Source: an uncultured Candidatus Saccharibacteria bacterium (GTDB taxonomy: Bacteria > Patescibacteriota > Minisyncoccia > Phycocordibacterales > JAKAEA01). From it: 64,000 nucleotides of DNA. Positions within the stretch are counted from its first letter, which is position 1. Every line of letters starts with the position of its first letter. The notes beneath the pieces were generated by a model that was given only the letters and a program-made list of their open reading frames with translations, was not told the DNA's origin and ran no database searches. The stretch covers positions 66,271 through 130,270 of the forward strand of contig CAZNZK010000001.1 of assembly GCA_964577595.1 (NCBI GenBank). Reading direction: 5' to 3'. This document shows, in pieces, positions 1-9,593 of the stretch. The translations under genes were made by a program, and so were the position numbers.

Positions 1-891
1 CTAAATAGAATAAAATAATGGCTGATGATGGGTCTAGGCGCTGGTTACTGTACATCAAAAAAGCCAGGCCTATGGCCAACACGAGCATGCCGGTGGTGGC
101 GCCAATATCTTCAATAGGAGGCAATAAATTGGAGAATTTTTGGATGCGAGAAGTTCGGGCTATGTCGCGTACGCTTGCTTCGGCAAAGAGCGCTCTCTCC
201 ACGTCTTCTTTACCGAAACCGATGATAATAGGGAGGGAATACAAAATCTGAAAAACCCGCTCATTGAGAGTTTGGGTGGCTACCTTGGCGTTCGCGACCG
301 CTTTTTTGACCTGGATAATAAGGCGCTTGGTAAAAAAATTAATCACCGGAAAACAGAGTGCGGAGATAAGTGTTAATTGCCAGGAAATCCTGAACATCAC
401 GAAAAAGTAGGCCGCCAAGAGTAGGAGTTGAATCAAAAAATTCTGCAAGAGGCGAAATTGATTTTCTATGGCTCCGGTGGAACTGGTCAGTACGTCTTGG
501 ACCCAACTCAGTTTGTGTTCGTCGTAGAATGCTTTGCCGAAGGCAAGGACCTTGTCCAAAAGCATGCCACGGACTTTTTCCCGGGCGATATTAGCCTGAT
601 GTTGGGCACTCATGGCCGCGCTATATTGCAGGATATTTTTGACGATAATGGTGGCGTAAATCCATACCACCAGCAAAAGAAAAATCGCCACCGGTGAGGA
701 AAAGGTGCTCGGAAAGAGGCGGATCATCCTGCCTATGCCGGGCAGGGCGCCCGCGCCGCTCCAGTCGCGCTTCACGATGCCCTGGACGAGCGGGAAGAGT
801 AGGGAAACGGTATAGAGATTGAAAATTGCCAGGCCAAGTGATAGGCCAAGTGACCACAGAAAAAAGCGCAGACGCACGCCCGTTTTCTTCA
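1..891 (-). CDS. ABC exporter (MsbA/ABCB-like) N-terminal transmembrane domain; runs off window start (C-terminus outside)
   Basis: Manual reverse-complement translation from ATG at 891 gives an open frame of ~297 aa to position 1 (MKKTGVRLRFFLWSLGL...). Multi-helix hydrophobic pattern with TMD motifs typical of type I ABC exporters (e.g. LTSSTGAIENQF). Missing from the ORF track, presumably because no stop lies in the window. Confidence 0.5.
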
Positions 892-948
892 TGAAAAAAA
901 ACACCTGCCGGAAATCTGTAATGAGGTCGGTCATTGCCGCGGATGTAG

Positions 949-2466
949 TTAACTGCAACAGCTCTGATTCCAGCTGGTGCAGGTTGTTATGTCTGTAAAG
1001 CCCGCGCATTCAGTGTCGCAACAGTAGCTGTTACTGTTGCTGTAACTATCGCTGCCTTCACCGTTTGTAGTATAGCCGGTGCAGGTTTGGGCGCAGTAAT
1101 AGCCGCCGGTACACTGATAGTCATATGACCAGTTTGTACAGGAACACTGACTAGGCTTGCAGGTGCCATTTCCTCCGTTTCCATTCCCGTCGTTGCTGGC
1201 AGGGTCAATATTTTCAGTCGGGCAAGTAATTGATGTAGTCACTCCTCCTGAGGTTATTTGTAGGTTGGGTGTTGAGCCGCCACTGCTAGTATATTGCACT
1301 GGCAACACTTGTCCTGTGCCGGTAAAGCTGGCGCCGAGGCCGAGGTTGGCCCAAGTATAGGAATATTTGCCGTTGCCGCCGATAGGGCTTGCCGTCCAGG
1401 TTACGGTGTCGCCAACCTTCGGATTAGGATTGGCCGGCTCCGCTGGCGAAACGGAACAGGTGCCACTAACTGTTGGCAGAGCAATGGGTACGGAGCAATT
1501 GCCGTTGCCGATCAAGCTACCATTTTGATCTTTAACCGTAACGACGGTTTGAAATTTACCACTAGCGGCTTGTCCGGCGATGTCTGTTGTTGGCGAAAGG
1601 GTTTCGGTGAAATGTTGGCAATTATACGTGTTGGACGAGCAAACTCCAGAGCTCAAGCTAGATTGTGTATTAGTCCATACATAAGAATAACTAGTATTTG
1701 TCGGACCTGTTATGTTCCAAATAACCGTTTGACTTGAAGGGCTACTAGCATCCAGTGTGCCCGTACTTGGAACTGTGACGGTACCCGAACAAACCACGGC
1801 TTGGTTGCCGCCCGTGCTGCCCGAACTGCTTCCACCACTACTGCCGCCATTAATAACGCCTGGAGCGCAGGTAGCGACGTTGTAGGCCACGGGAGTATTC
1901 CAAATGCCGACCGTTTGGCAGGCCTCACTCGCACCGCCCTGCGTGCTCTGGCCAACGTTGATGTTATTGAGTGGAAAGGTGAGATAGCTGGTGCCGGAAG
2001 GGCACACTAGCGTGCCGTCGGTATCTGTGGTGGCAGTAGTACTCAAACAAGAAAGGTAGACAAAACCCTGCTCTTTACCGCCACTATCGTTAATGGCTGG
2101 CATGTTTCCAACAGAAAGAGCGGAGAGGGCGGTGCTGACCGAAAGCTTGGTGCTTATGCTCGGAAGACTAGGGTTCGCTGAGGTGATATTTGTATTCGTC
2201 GGGTCTGCCAAAAGACACGAATCGCTACCGACGCATTTCAGAGTGTAGTCTGGCGAAATATAGGGGTAGCCGCCATGATCAAAATAATAAATCTGCAAAG
2301 CGGCGCGCACCTGGTCGCGTTCGCTTAGGGTGGCAAGGTCGCGGCCGCTCGAGCCGGCGCTATTGCGAAGGTTAAGAATAATGACTGTTGCCAGAATGGC
2401 GATGACGCCTAAAACCACCACGAGTTCAACCAAGGTAAAACCGGAAGAGGTGCGGCGTTTTGGCAT
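949..2466 (-). CDS. type IV pilin-like / pseudopilin protein with large Cys-rich C-terminal domain
   Basis: N-terminus MPKRRTSSGFTLVELVVVLGVIAILA is a class III (prepilin peptidase) signal with G|FTLVE and Glu5. Long Ser/Thr/Gly/Cys-rich extracellular region follows. Confidence 0.6.
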   Translation of the reverse strand: MPKRRTSSGFTLVELVVVLGVIAILATVIILNLRNSAGSSGRDLATLSERDQVRAALQIYYFDHGGYPYISPDYTLKCVGSDSCLLADPTNTNITSANPSLPSISTKLSVSTALSALSVGNMPAINDSGGKEQGFVYLSCLSTTATTDTDGTLVCPSGTSYLTFPLNNINVGQSTQGGASEACQTVGIWNTPVAYNVATCAPGVINGGSSGGSSSGSTGGNQAVVCSGTVTVPSTGTLDASSPSSQTVIWNITGPTNTSYSYVWTNTQSSLSSGVCSSNTYNCQHFTETLSPTTDIAGQAASGKFQTVVTVKDQNGSLIGNGNCSVPIALPTVSGTCSVSPAEPANPNPKVGDTVTWTASPIGGNGKYSYTWANLGLGASFTGTGQVLPVQYTSSGGSTPNLQITSGGVTTSITCPTENIDPASNDGNGNGGNGTCKPSQCSCTNWSYDYQCTGGYYCAQTCTGYTTNGEGSDSYSNSNSYCCDTECAGFTDITTCTSWNQSCCS

Positions 2467-3136
2467 GGGTATAGTATAGCAAACTCATAGTCAGCAAAAT
2501 TTTTTTCACAAAAGTAAGAAGAAAGCCCCGCATAAGAGGCGGGGCGGGTATGTTTGGCGGTATTACCAATTGTTTTGGGTTATGCACCGTTCTGCTTCTT
2601 CTAGGTGCTCGTCAACCCAAGCAAAAAGCATTTCGTATGTGGGTGATTGTTGGCCGTTGAGGATTTGTATGAAGCCGGCAGGTAATCTGCCCGAGTGGAG
2701 TTGGTTATGTAAGAGTTTGCCGACTATTTCCCCGGCGCGCTCTTCACGACTTCGGACTTGCGTCCCCATAGAATATCTCCTTAGTAATAAGGTCTGTTAA
2801 GTACGATACCATACTTTTGAGATAATGCAAGTTGGGCAATAAAAATACCCACTCCCTGGTTGCCTTTTCAGGTTTCCAGGAGGGTGGGCATGGTGTCTTG
2901 ACCCGTTTTCGGTGGCCAAACCGAAGGTTGAGCGACAATTCGCTCCGAGAGGCATAGAAACACGCCGGCGTTTTGGGGACAAGCGCGATAACTTGCGGGG
3001 AGAAGAAAGAACGTCTTTCCCGGCAGAGTACGCTGCACGTCCAAGCGTTTTATGCTCTCTGGCAACGGCCAAGATAAACCTCGTATATACTACCAAATTC
3101 TACGGTTTTGTCAAGGGTGGTAAAACCCGGAAAATC

Positions 3137-3589
3137 TTATGAACCTAAACCGCTGGTTACGGTAATGGTGCCGTGCATTGAAGGGTGGATTTTACAATGA
3201 TAACTTACTGTGCCGAGGTCGTTGAGGGTGACACTATATGACTGGCCGGGCTGGAGGGTAGGTGAGTTAAGAACTGTTCCAGAATCAGAAGTGACCGTAT
3301 GGGGAGCGCTGTCGTCGTTGACCCAGGTTACTGTTGTGCCGACTTTAACAAACATCGCCGCCGGATTAAATGCAAAATTCTTAATATCTATCGTTACTAC
3401 TGAAGGGGTTGGTGCAGGTGTTGTTGGTGTTTCGTCGGGCGTGCCTGAGGCCATACCAAGACTATTAAGGTCGTAGGTTGCGGGCCCGGTTGTGGCCGGT
3501 GTGCTTTGATGAGCGAATGCTCCATATATAAGGAATCCTCCAATTACTATAACGGCTATCACAATAATCCAGATAATAGTTTTATTCAT
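3137..3589 (-). CDS. cupredoxin (plastocyanin/amicyanin-like blue copper protein), membrane anchored
   Basis: Likely start at MNKTIIWIIVIAVIVIGG (TM anchor) inside ORF 3137..3685. C-terminal cupredoxin fold motifs with His...Cys...His...Met ligand spacing: TVTWVNDDSAPHTVTS ... YHCKIHPSMHG. Confidence 0.55.
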   Translation of the reverse strand: MNKTIIWIIVIAVIVIGGFLIYGAFAHQSTPATTGPATYDLNSLGMASGTPDETPTTPAPTPSVVTIDIKNFAFNPAAMFVKVGTTVTWVNDDSAPHTVTSDSGTVLNSPTLQPGQSYSVTLNDLGTVSYHCKIHPSMHGTITVTSGLGS

Positions 3590-3685
3590 ATAGTTTGGTG
3601 AGCGTTGATAATACTCATCCTTACAATACCACGAATCTTCTCTTGATGGATACAAAAGTTGGTGTAAAATTGGTAAAATACCCAC

Positions 3686-3937
3686 ATGATAAAAAAAGGA
3701 ATCTCAGCCGGCACTGTGCATGCCTTGCCTGATGACGTGCAAAAAGCCATCGTTGCTTCGCCGGCCATGCGGGCAAAATGGGAGGATATCACCCCGCTTG
3801 CCCGCAATGAATGGATTTGCTGGATAATCTCCGTTAAAAAATTAGAAACGAGAAAAGAGCATATAGAACGGGCGCGCAACCAGCTCATAGGAGGGAAGCG
3901 CCGTCCTTGTTGCTGGGCAGGCTGTCCGCATCGGTAA
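3686..3937 (+). CDS. YdeI/OmpD-associated family (DUF1801-like) small protein
   Basis: LPDDVQKAIVASPAMRAKWEDITPLARNEWICWIISVKKLETRKEHIERA resembles the YdeI C-terminal domain. Confidence 0.45.
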   Translation: MIKKGISAGTVHALPDDVQKAIVASPAMRAKWEDITPLARNEWICWIISVKKLETRKEHIERARNQLIGGKRRPCCWAGCPHR

Positions 3938-3946
3938 AACTTCCGC

Positions 3947-4378
3947 CTACATTTTATTCGGCTGGAGGATTGAGAAGCGGTTGCCCTCGGTGTCCATGGC
4001 TGAAATCCACAAGCCAACGCCCGGTATCATCTGAGGCTCATTCGTATGTTTGCCCGCTTGATTCATACCACCCAGAATTTTTCCGCCCGCAGCAGTGGCG
4101 TCCTTTATTGCCTCCTGAATATCGTCCACGGCAATCACTATAGAAGGCGCGTGGGAAGTAGGGCTGTCGGTTTTCTTGTAGAAGCCACCATTAATGGCGC
4201 CCGGCGTTTTTATCATTCCGTTCTTGTCGGTTTCTGTTGTGTGCACGACCACATAGTTGCCCATCTCCGGGCCCATCATTTCGGCCTCCCAGCCGAAGAC
4301 TTTCGTGTAAAAATCGGTCATTCTCTGCTTGTCATCGTAGCCCATTTCAAAATGAACCACTGGGTTTTTCTTTTTCAT
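3947..4378 (-). CDS. VOC (glyoxalase/bleomycin-resistance) family protein
   Basis: VHFEM...FYTKVFGWEAE and overall beta-alpha-beta-beta-beta module pattern at ~140 aa. Confidence 0.6.
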   Translation of the reverse strand: MKKKNPVVHFEMGYDDKQRMTDFYTKVFGWEAEMMGPEMGNYVVVHTTETDKNGMIKTPGAINGGFYKKTDSPTSHAPSIVIAVDDIQEAIKDATAAGGKILGGMNQAGKHTNEPQMIPGVGLWISAMDTEGNRFSILQPNKM

Positions 4379-4456
4379 GTCTTAAATATAGGTTACATAC
4401 ATGTACATAATAACGCTTTAAGCTTACACAATTTTAAATTTTAAGGCTAGGTAAAA

Positions 4457-4837
4457 TTATTTCGCCGCCACTTCTTTAACGCCAGAACTTAAAGCCTTCC
4501 AGTGCTTTTTGAGGTCTGCGGCGAGCTCGTGGATTTCTTCCTGGCTGGCCTCTTTACCGGCATTATATTTTGCGGCAACTGTATCAATGATGTGATCGTA
4601 TGTTTCTTGCGTGACGTCGTTTACTTTCTCCAGTTTTTCTATGACATCAGCTCGCATCTTGAGGGCCCAGGATTTCGCCTGCTTCTGGTGTTTTTTGCCA
4701 TTTGGCCCAAAGAAAAAGTAGGCTCCGGCGGCTAGCCCGGCAAGAGTAACGCCAACGACTGCGGCTTTCATAACCCCAGAACTTTTATGTGCCACAGCAT
4801 GTACTTCGTGGGGAGTTGTTGAAGTTTTTTTATTCAT
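4457..4837 (-). CDS. hypothetical membrane-anchored protein
   Basis: 126-aa ORF with one TM helix (AAVVGVTLAGLAAGAYFFFG) and a charged helical C-terminus. Confidence 0.35.
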   Translation of the reverse strand: MNKKTSTTPHEVHAVAHKSSGVMKAAVVGVTLAGLAAGAYFFFGPNGKKHQKQAKSWALKMRADVIEKLEKVNDVTQETYDHIIDTVAAKYNAGKEASQEEIHELAADLKKHWKALSSGVKEVAAK

Positions 4838-4863
4838 GATTTTACATGGTTTAAAACGGATAA

Positions 4864-5118
4864 TTACTTCTTAAGGCGGGTCCTATTTCTAGGAGGGAAG
4901 AGGAGCCTAAAAATTACATTGCTCTCCAGCCGATCCTTAAGGTCAACAAAAAATTCTCCGCCTTCTTTTAGGCCGCCTGTAAGTGCTTCGGAAAGCTGGT
5001 GGAGATTACGTGCCGCTCTAATAAGGTAGAAAAGAAGGATTGCAGCAAGAATACCCAAGACAACCGTAGCGCTTGAGGCGATAAAGAAAAAGACGTCCGC
5101 TTTTATGAGTGTGTCCAT
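4864..5118 (-). CDS. hypothetical small membrane protein
   Basis: 84-aa ORF with an N-terminal TM helix; co-oriented with its neighbour. Confidence 0.3.
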   Translation of the reverse strand: MDTLIKADVFFFIASSATVVLGILAAILLFYLIRAARNLHQLSEALTGGLKEGGEFFVDLKDRLESNVIFRLLFPPRNRTRLKK

Positions 5119-5210
5119 TTACTCGTTGCTGATTTTTGACCTCACGCTACAAGCGACACGTAAAAAGAGTATTAATTACAGTACATTCGCAGGGGCGGGG
5201 ATCGCCAGTT

Positions 5211-6932
5211 TTATTTCCAGCTATTGTTATAGGCATTGACGCTTGCGGTATCAATGACGTCATTGTTGGCAAAGGATGCAGCGGTATTGTCGCGCACCAC
5301 CACATTGTGTGCTTGGCCAACCCAAATTAAAGCGTCGCCTTGGCTAACCGTGTTATTAGCTATCGTTATGTTTCTGCCTTCCCAAATACCGATACCGCCA
5401 ACGTTAGTCGGCCCGGCATAAATAATATTGTTGAGTATGGAAATCTGATTACAGCCCATATCGCCAGTGCGTACTGCAATACCCGAGCTACCTCCAGGGG
5501 TGCCAATCACATTGTTTTGCGCGGTGGTGTGAGTAGAAGATTCTTCAAACGTAAGGTTCCCGATCGTGTTGCCCGAGATGGTACCCTGGCGGCTGGAGTT
5601 TATGGCTATTCCGCCCGGTACGGTGTCATTGGTTAGTTGATAATTCGTGGTCAGAATAAGCGAAAATCCTCCATGACCGCCCGCTTGCGTGGTGTTGAGT
5701 ATGTGCACGTGGTCAATGGTAAAATTGGTGCTGAAAAGTGTCATGATGGAAACATCGGCTTGGGGATTACTAAAGTGAATCGCCAGATTTTTTATGGTGA
5801 TGTGGTCGGCGGGAGCGGTTACCGGCCAAACGGTCAGGTAGTTGTTGTTCGCGGCCTGACCGCTCGGCAGGAGGTTGGCGTAATCGCCCGAACCGATAAC
5901 GTTATTGATGAGGGTCACTACAGTTTGTCCCTGCGCGTTTGTGGTGACCGAAGCAACGGTCACAAACTCAGAAGGAGCCGGTGCGTTGAATTCGTTGGGC
6001 ACGTCAAGAGTGCCGCCGTATTGACGCTCCAGTACGCGAGTGGCACTCATGCCGTCAGAAAGAAACAGTGTGTCGCCAGTCCTGAAGGGGACGGATTGGC
6101 CAAAGACAATAGTATTACCGGTCACTGATTGAACGGGATTGTAGGTCGCCGACTGATTCACCGTTGCTCCCACCGTAATGGGCATGCCTTGGTAGTCGCC
6201 GCCGTGGTAACTGTCAAAAAAGTCCAAAACAGTCTGGTCTCCTTGGCCGCTGAACGTAATATTGCTTCCGTATAAATGGAGGCCGCTTGCAAGTTTGAAT
6301 GTGCCGGCAGGAAGAGTGATGGTAGAGATTTTGTTTTGATTCGCCACATCTATCATTTCTTGGATAGTGGCGGTGTCGTCGGTGCTATCGTTGGGATGCA
6401 GTTGTGCCGCTAAAGCCGCAAGCCCCGTGCCGGAAGACTGAAACGCGGGTGTGGTAAAAGCGGTGACGGGGTTTGTGATTGTGTTGGTGGGGGTCGTCTC
6501 TGGCTGTGCCGGCAATGGTGTCATGGTCGGTGCGGTAGTATTGAAGCTGACAGCCGCATTTTGGCACTGGGTGGTCACTAAGTATCGGCGGGTAAGCGTA
6601 CCCAAGATTCCTGTCCCGTGGGCCAGTCCATAGGGCAAAAGCACACTTTGCGTATGCAATTGCTGATAGTGAATTACCGCTGTTTTGGTGGCTAAGCCGT
6701 AAAAAGTGGTTTCATGCTGAGGGGATCCGTTGCCGGCCGTGGCAACTTGTGTTGCCGGATTTTCATTGAGAATAATCTGCAGTCGCTGTACGTCGGCACC
6801 GCGGTCTCCTAATTTTAAATTACGAGGGAAACTGCACGCTACCGCGGCAGACGCAAAGTGCAAAGGGAAGAATCCGGATAAAAGAAGTAGGGAAACAAAG
6901 CCCAGCTTCGGAAGCAACGTTTTCATCCTCAA
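5211..6932 (-). CDS. secreted right-handed beta-helix (pectate-lyase fold) protein with N-terminal peptidoglycan-binding-like domain
   Basis: Signal peptide MRMKTLLPKLGFVSLLLLSGFFPLHFASAAVA. PG_binding_1-like LKLGDRGADVQRLQIILNE. Many NxxG/ parallel beta-helix repeats (NNTVSQG, NNTAASFANN, ILNNIIYAG). Confidence 0.5.
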   Translation of the reverse strand: MRMKTLLPKLGFVSLLLLSGFFPLHFASAAVACSFPRNLKLGDRGADVQRLQIILNENPATQVATAGNGSPQHETTFYGLATKTAVIHYQQLHTQSVLLPYGLAHGTGILGTLTRRYLVTTQCQNAAVSFNTTAPTMTPLPAQPETTPTNTITNPVTAFTTPAFQSSGTGLAALAAQLHPNDSTDDTATIQEMIDVANQNKISTITLPAGTFKLASGLHLYGSNITFSGQGDQTVLDFFDSYHGGDYQGMPITVGATVNQSATYNPVQSVTGNTIVFGQSVPFRTGDTLFLSDGMSATRVLERQYGGTLDVPNEFNAPAPSEFVTVASVTTNAQGQTVVTLINNVIGSGDYANLLPSGQAANNNYLTVWPVTAPADHITIKNLAIHFSNPQADVSIMTLFSTNFTIDHVHILNTTQAGGHGGFSLILTTNYQLTNDTVPGGIAINSSRQGTISGNTIGNLTFEESSTHTTAQNNVIGTPGGSSGIAVRTGDMGCNQISILNNIIYAGPTNVGGIGIWEGRNITIANNTVSQGDALIWVGQAHNVVVRDNTAASFANNDVIDTASVNAYNNSWK

Positions 6933-7136
6933 TATAATAGCACGTATGGCCTACCGCACGATTGAGTGTGGTACTATACGGGTCATGTCTAATTCAAAGA
7001 AAAATTGGAATGCCTCAAAGGCAAATAAGCGCTCCATCGCTGCCACCAAGCAGGCTGTTAAAATAAGAGTCATGGAAGCGAGAGACGCCCAAAAAAGAAT
7101 TGGTAAAGGAAGAGGCTAAGTTAGTATAAAAGAAAA

Positions 7137-7176
7137 CCCCGCGAACTGTTTTGCAACAATTCGCGGGGTGGGTTTG
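7137..7176. terminator. intrinsic terminator-like hairpin (CCCCGCGAA...TTCGCGGGG then TGGGTTTG)
   Basis: Perfect 9-bp GC-rich inverted repeat followed by a T-rich run, just downstream of the 3' end of the minus-strand gene at 7283. Confidence 0.4.
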
Positions 7177-7282
7177 CGGATATCTCAGAATGAACTATGA
7201 GCGGGTGATTGTTGCCGATGGATACGCGGAAAGCGAACTCGGCAGGGAACCTGCTTGTTAGTGGGAGAGAGCGCTCGGGGAA

Positions 7283-7540
7283 TTATTTTTTACTGAAGAG
7301 TTCGGAAAGTTTGAGTTTGGCAAAACCAAAGAGATAAATAATCTCAAGAATGCCAAGAGTGTTAATGATAAGGAGAAAGAAGAACCACCATGGCTGGACG
7401 CGTCGGGCTGAATGCCACAAGGCAAGGCCTTTCCAAAAGATGCTCCACAACACCAAGACAACCAATATAGGTCCAAAGGTGTGGACCCAAGTGGATGCTC
7501 CGAAACCAACCCCGTAATTGTTTGAATAGAAATTATGCAT
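7283..7540 (-). CDS. hypothetical small integral membrane protein
   Basis: 85 aa with two strongly hydrophobic helices. Overlapping alternative frame 7258..7509 is less protein-like. Confidence 0.3.
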   Translation of the reverse strand: MHNFYSNNYGVGFGASTWVHTFGPILVVLVLWSIFWKGLALWHSARRVQPWWFFFLLIINTLGILEIIYLFGFAKLKLSELFSKK

Positions 7541-7573
7541 AAATGCGTTTGTACTATTGTTAAGTTTTTTCTA

Positions 7574-8266
7574 TTATATCAGAGTAGCACTCACCACCAG
7601 TCGCTCGTCATACGTTTTTTGATCTCCTACCCACGTTCCGTCGCAGGTTATCAATTGGATGGTCGGACTTGAAGAGTTTAGAATGCTAGCCATCGGTACG
7701 TTTTGGTAACCGTATACATTGATTGCCACGACCTGGAACACCAGTGTCTTGCCAAGGGCAGTCGTCACCGACATTTCAGTACCGGTAGCTATAGTGGAAA
7801 GATTTTTGAACACGCCCGCTAGCCCGAGGCCGTTATCAACGTGGCCGTCAATGATAGCACTGCCTGGCTGGCCCGGTGCCGGACCGTATTTATACCAGGC
7901 GACATCGGTGAAATTGTTTGGGGCACCGATGTTGCCGATACTATTGAGCCCGACCTGCTGGACTTTGGCATTGATGCCCAAGCTTGGAATATATAGAGTG
8001 ACCGGATAGTCACTTGTGCCTGCATTCGTGTCCGGAGCCCCGCTTACATTTTTGACTATCGGAGTTGAGGATGTGGCGACCGTGGTAGATGCGGTGGTCG
8101 CGACGCTCGTTGTTGCGTTAGACAAAACCGAACTGACCACCGGAGGCGCGTACATATTGTCGCCGGGAACGTACAGAGTGGCTCTGGTCAGAATGTAGAG
8201 ACCATACGCACTGGCCCCAATCACCACCACGCCGACGGCAACGAAGGAAACCGCACTGATCTTCAT
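7574..8266 (-). CDS. sortase family transpeptidase
   Basis: N-terminal TM anchor. Catalytic His (AIIDGHVDNG), Cys (IQLITCDGTW) and downstream Arg in sortase order. Confidence 0.7.
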   Translation of the reverse strand: MKISAVSFVAVGVVVIGASAYGLYILTRATLYVPGDNMYAPPVVSSVLSNATTSVATTASTTVATSSTPIVKNVSGAPDTNAGTSDYPVTLYIPSLGINAKVQQVGLNSIGNIGAPNNFTDVAWYKYGPAPGQPGSAIIDGHVDNGLGLAGVFKNLSTIATGTEMSVTTALGKTLVFQVVAINVYGYQNVPMASILNSSSPTIQLITCDGTWVGDQKTYDERLVVSATLI

Positions 8267-8270
8267 GGCG

Positions 8271-8720
8271 TTATTTAGCTAAGGCTGTTTGACGAGAGAT
8301 TGAACGATAGGCGAGATAGGCGCCACCGGCGAGAACTAGCATTCCCAGAGCGGCGAGAGTCAACCAGGTAGATCCTGCGTTGCCGCCGGCACCGGTATTG
8401 GGAATACCGACAATGGGAGCAGTTGATGAGACACTGTACGGATAGTTTGTGCTTATATAGGAGGGGTCGGTAATACTGCCATAAGTTTGGGTATTTGGAT
8501 TGTAGTAAATACTATTTCCGTAGTAGTAAATTTGGGTGTCGTTTGCCAAGTAATAGATACCCGGAGCGATTGAGGCACCTGCGGTGTTGTATACCTGCAC
8601 GCCTGTTTGGGTGTGGAATACTGGCGTGGTAGCGCTTTGAGCAAAGACCAAACTTATCGGCAGGGCCGCCATGAGAAAGAAGGCCGATGCTGTTCCCGCG
8701 ATTAGAAGTGTTTTTTTCAT
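8271..8720 (-). CDS. sortase substrate: secreted protein with C-terminal IPNTG sorting signal
   Basis: Signal peptide from MKKTLLIAGTASAFFLMAALPISLVFA. C-terminus ...IVGIPNTGAGGNAGSTWLTLAALGMLVLAGGAYLAYRSISRQ is an LPXTG-type motif plus hydrophobic span plus basic tail. Directly downstream of the sortase. Confidence 0.55.
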   Translation of the reverse strand: MKKTLLIAGTASAFFLMAALPISLVFAQSATTPVFHTQTGVQVYNTAGASIAPGIYYLANDTQIYYYGNSIYYNPNTQTYGSITDPSYISTNYPYSVSSTAPIVGIPNTGAGGNAGSTWLTLAALGMLVLAGGAYLAYRSISRQTALAK

Positions 8721-8870
8721 GTTTATATTATAGATTATGATTAATTTTGATATACACACGATGCCGTTCTGATGACCACATTATTACAAGCCCATAATTT
8801 GATTAATTTCTTTTTTCAGTTTTTCAATACGAGCTAAAACTTTGTGAAGTATTTTCTTCATAGAATCATG

Positions 8871-9425
8871 TTATTTTAATGTTCCTAATTTTATTTGATT
8901 AATTTCCTTTTCCAGTTTTTTGATGCGGACATCCTGCCGTTGGCTTTGTTCCGTGAACTTTGTTTCCAACTGTTTCGTATGGCTGGCGAAGTTTTCGGCG
9001 GCGATCATCATCTGGGTGACGTCTTCAATGGCCAAGAGGATTATTGGGGGAAATATTTCCGACGGGTCTTTCTTTTGAAGATGGATCTGACGAGCATTCA
9101 AGATCATGATTTTCCGACCGATCACGGGAAATTCATGGATGACTTCAAACCCCTTGAAAAAGGTATGCTTGGGCAAAACATCCTCAAGAAGTTTTTGGAG
9201 GGCGGGAATATTCCACTGGCCATTTCCCAATTCATAGACGATTTTGCCCAGAGTATTTTTTGCCTCGACTTTGAAGGTCTGATAAAAAGGGTCGTTGGCG
9301 GCGATGACCCGAAGATCTTTATCCAGAATCAAAATAGGCTCGCGAACGACGTCAACCACGGTTTTAATGTATGTCCAACTCCTCTCCCACAAGCGTTCAA
9401 TAAAATCAACAGTGAGTGTTTCCAT
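8871..9425 (-). CDS. PAS-domain protein with C-terminal coiled coil
   Basis: PAS-like core EPILILDKDLRVIAANDPFYQTFKVEAKNTLGKIVYEL. Likely start at METLTVDFIERL. Heptad-like C-terminus. Confidence 0.4.
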   Translation of the reverse strand: METLTVDFIERLWERSWTYIKTVVDVVREPILILDKDLRVIAANDPFYQTFKVEAKNTLGKIVYELGNGQWNIPALQKLLEDVLPKHTFFKGFEVIHEFPVIGRKIMILNARQIHLQKKDPSEIFPPIILLAIEDVTQMMIAAENFASHTKQLETKFTEQSQRQDVRIKKLEKEINQIKLGTLK

Positions 9426-9593
9426 ATGGTACTGTAGCCGCTTGACCGACAATTTTATTGCAAACGTGGCAAAAAGTCGCAAAATAAGGTATAGTGAAGC
9501 CCTGTGAGATTTTCTCCTTAACGTGACACATGTGTGGTGTAGTGTAGTTAGTCAGTAACAAGAGATGGCCAACACCGTCTTAGTTTATATATT

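Noticed and set aside
2797-3096. Overlapping minus-strand ORFs (99 aa and 65 aa) and plus ORF 2912..3142
   Set aside because: Low-complexity Arg/Ser/Pro-rich translations, mutually overlapping in a hairpin-rich GC segment. Treated as non-coding.
5340-6128. Plus-strand ORFs (98 aa and 163 aa) inside the 573-aa beta-helix gene
   Set aside because: Antisense to a long, well-supported ORF. Gly/Arg/Val-rich composition is typical of antisense frames of GC-rich coding DNA.
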